From assembly GCA_025454755.1 (NCBI GenBank), contig JALONV010000002.1, forward strand, positions 10,052 to 74,051: DNA of 64,000 nt. The letters run 5' to 3'. The notes beneath the pieces are model-generated. The model saw only the letters and a program-made list of their open reading frames with translations. It was not told where the DNA came from and made no database searches. This DNA is from Bacteroidales bacterium. Lineage in GTDB: Bacteria; Bacteroidota; Bacteroidia; Bacteroidales; VadinHA17. This document shows positions 63,128 through 64,000 of the stretch, one piece after another. The position numbers and the translations under genes were made by a program. Each line of letters opens with the position of its first letter. Within the stretch, counting starts at the first letter, position 1.

Positions 63128-64000
63128 TTACCTGCTTAGAATTTTGCGTGCAGCAAGTTTGCCGGTAAGAACAGCCATGGGTACTCCGGCCGGACTATAT
63201 GTCCATTGTCCTGCCTGAAATATTGAAGATATTGGTGTTACAACTGCCCGGTTCGCAGCCATAATTTGATTGACTACCGGAACCGGTTCGCGGAATGACC
63301 ACCCGGTAATCGCTCCCTCAGAAGTGCCAACCCTGTTTTTATAATTAAGAGGGGAGAACGAGAAATGTGCTGTTACCTTTTCATTTAACATAGGATAAAC
63401 TGAACCGGCAAGGACCTTAATGATCCGCTCTTCCAGTTCCGTAATAAACTCCTTATACCAGTCTGTTTCAGCGATCATTTTAAACAAATCATAATCAGCA
63501 AGGAAGCTGATTATTAGTCCTGTTTTGCCTGCCGGTGCCAGCTCGGGATCCTTCAGAGCCGGGACAGAAATCTCGTAGGTATTCAGTGCAAGAAATTTAT
63601 CGAGCCAGCTAAAAATCCGGGACCTGTCCGGTCCGCCGGATGAACTTAAAATAGTGTCGAGCTCTCCCCGGTGGATTTCACCCAATCCCTTCCGCGATGG
63701 AGAATAAAAGAAGTGTCCATTTGCAATTCTTTTAAAGCTCTCAATGGGTTCATCCACTTCAACAAAAAGAGTAAAAACGGAATCTCCGCCCCTTTTTTCA
63801 AGCAAGCGGCTTTTAACCTTTTCGAATTTAATCCTGGTCTTTCCGGACAGACCCTCTGTACTGGTTATCCTGTAAAGAGTTTTAAGATCAGCGGCCCAGA
63901 CAAGATTCTGGTATATATAGTCAATTTTATTCTGATCAGTTACCCTCTTTTCAAAGGCCAATACTCTTTCAATGCTCGTTTCCCGTATTATCTCGCCACC
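63128..64000 (-). CDS. NAD(P)/FAD-dependent oxidoreductase, phytoene-desaturase (CrtI)-like, C-terminal part (5' end beyond window)
   Basis: The frame stays open to base 64000. The C-terminus '..IFQAGQWTYSPAGVPMAVLTGKLAARKIL' is typical of the CrtI/amine-oxidase family. Confidence 0.65.
   Translation of the reverse strand, partial: GGEIIRETSIERVLAFEKRVTDQNKIDYIYQNLVWAADLKTLYRITSTEGLSGKTRIKFEKVKSRLLEKRGGDSVFTLFVEVDEPIESFKRIANGHFFYSPSRKGLGEIHRGELDTILSSSGGPDRSRIFSWLDKFLALNTYEISVPALKDPELAPAGKTGLIISFLADYDLFKMIAETDWYKEFITELEERIIKVLAGSVYPMLNEKVTAHFSFSPLNYKNRVGTSEGAITGWSFREPVPVVNQIMAANRAVVTPISSIFQAGQWTYSPAGVPMAVLTGKLAARKILSR

Noticed and set aside
1-64000. A scan for tRNA (T-arm GGTTCGAATCC-like), rRNA, CRISPR arrays, transposase, integrase and phage genes.
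   Set aside because: None were seen by eye. Every ORF of at least 60 aa outside the annotated genes is an antisense shadow. A proper tRNAscan or cmsearch run is still needed to exclude small RNAs.

Overview
The window is a 64-kb chromosomal segment that looks like Bacteroidota. The evidence is TAnnTTTG-type -7 promoter boxes, many lipoproteins, a TPR/DUF4292/LytM operon, and an ECF sigma factor next to a beta-barrel-fused anti-sigma-like protein. All calls come from reading the ORF translations and the DNA by eye; no database search was possible. I support about 58 densely packed, mostly housekeeping CDS. They include moaDE, polA, queD, a Mn-type SOD, creD, lspA, uvrC, ade, mnmG, ybeY, pheS, ruvB, nadA, rpiB, hemW, nfo and mntH. 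There is also one clear pseudogene, a cation-diffusion-facilitator relic. I found no rRNA, tRNA, CRISPR array, transposase, integrase or phage gene.

The structure the genes do not explain is a set of GC-rich palindromic intergenic elements in an otherwise AT-rich background.
- Four copies of a double-hairpin C6/G6 element all abut the 3' end of a minus-strand gene. Two of them supply the last codons ('...PLKGG/A') of the ORFs.
- Two copies of a GATTGCTTCG...CTCGCAATGAC inverted-repeat element carry swapped nested mini-hairpins.
- There is one heptad-repeat hairpin.
- There are two TGTTCCACGTGGAACA palindromes.
- Two terminators share an AGAGACGC stem.

Candidate gene-level systems are as follows.
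- A B12-radical-SAM/GT2/polytopic-membrane-protein cluster.
- A lipoprotein serpin followed by genes for an LVIVD propeller, a barrel protein and an ECF sigma factor.
- A Tat-signal aldo/keto reductase next to a secreted gluconolactonase.
- A PurF-like protein with Ser replacing the Cys nucleophile.
- A membrane-protein/wHTH/CreD trio with a duplicated operator-like palindrome.

None of these can be shown to be novel without searches, and I saw no unambiguous new defence or mobile system.
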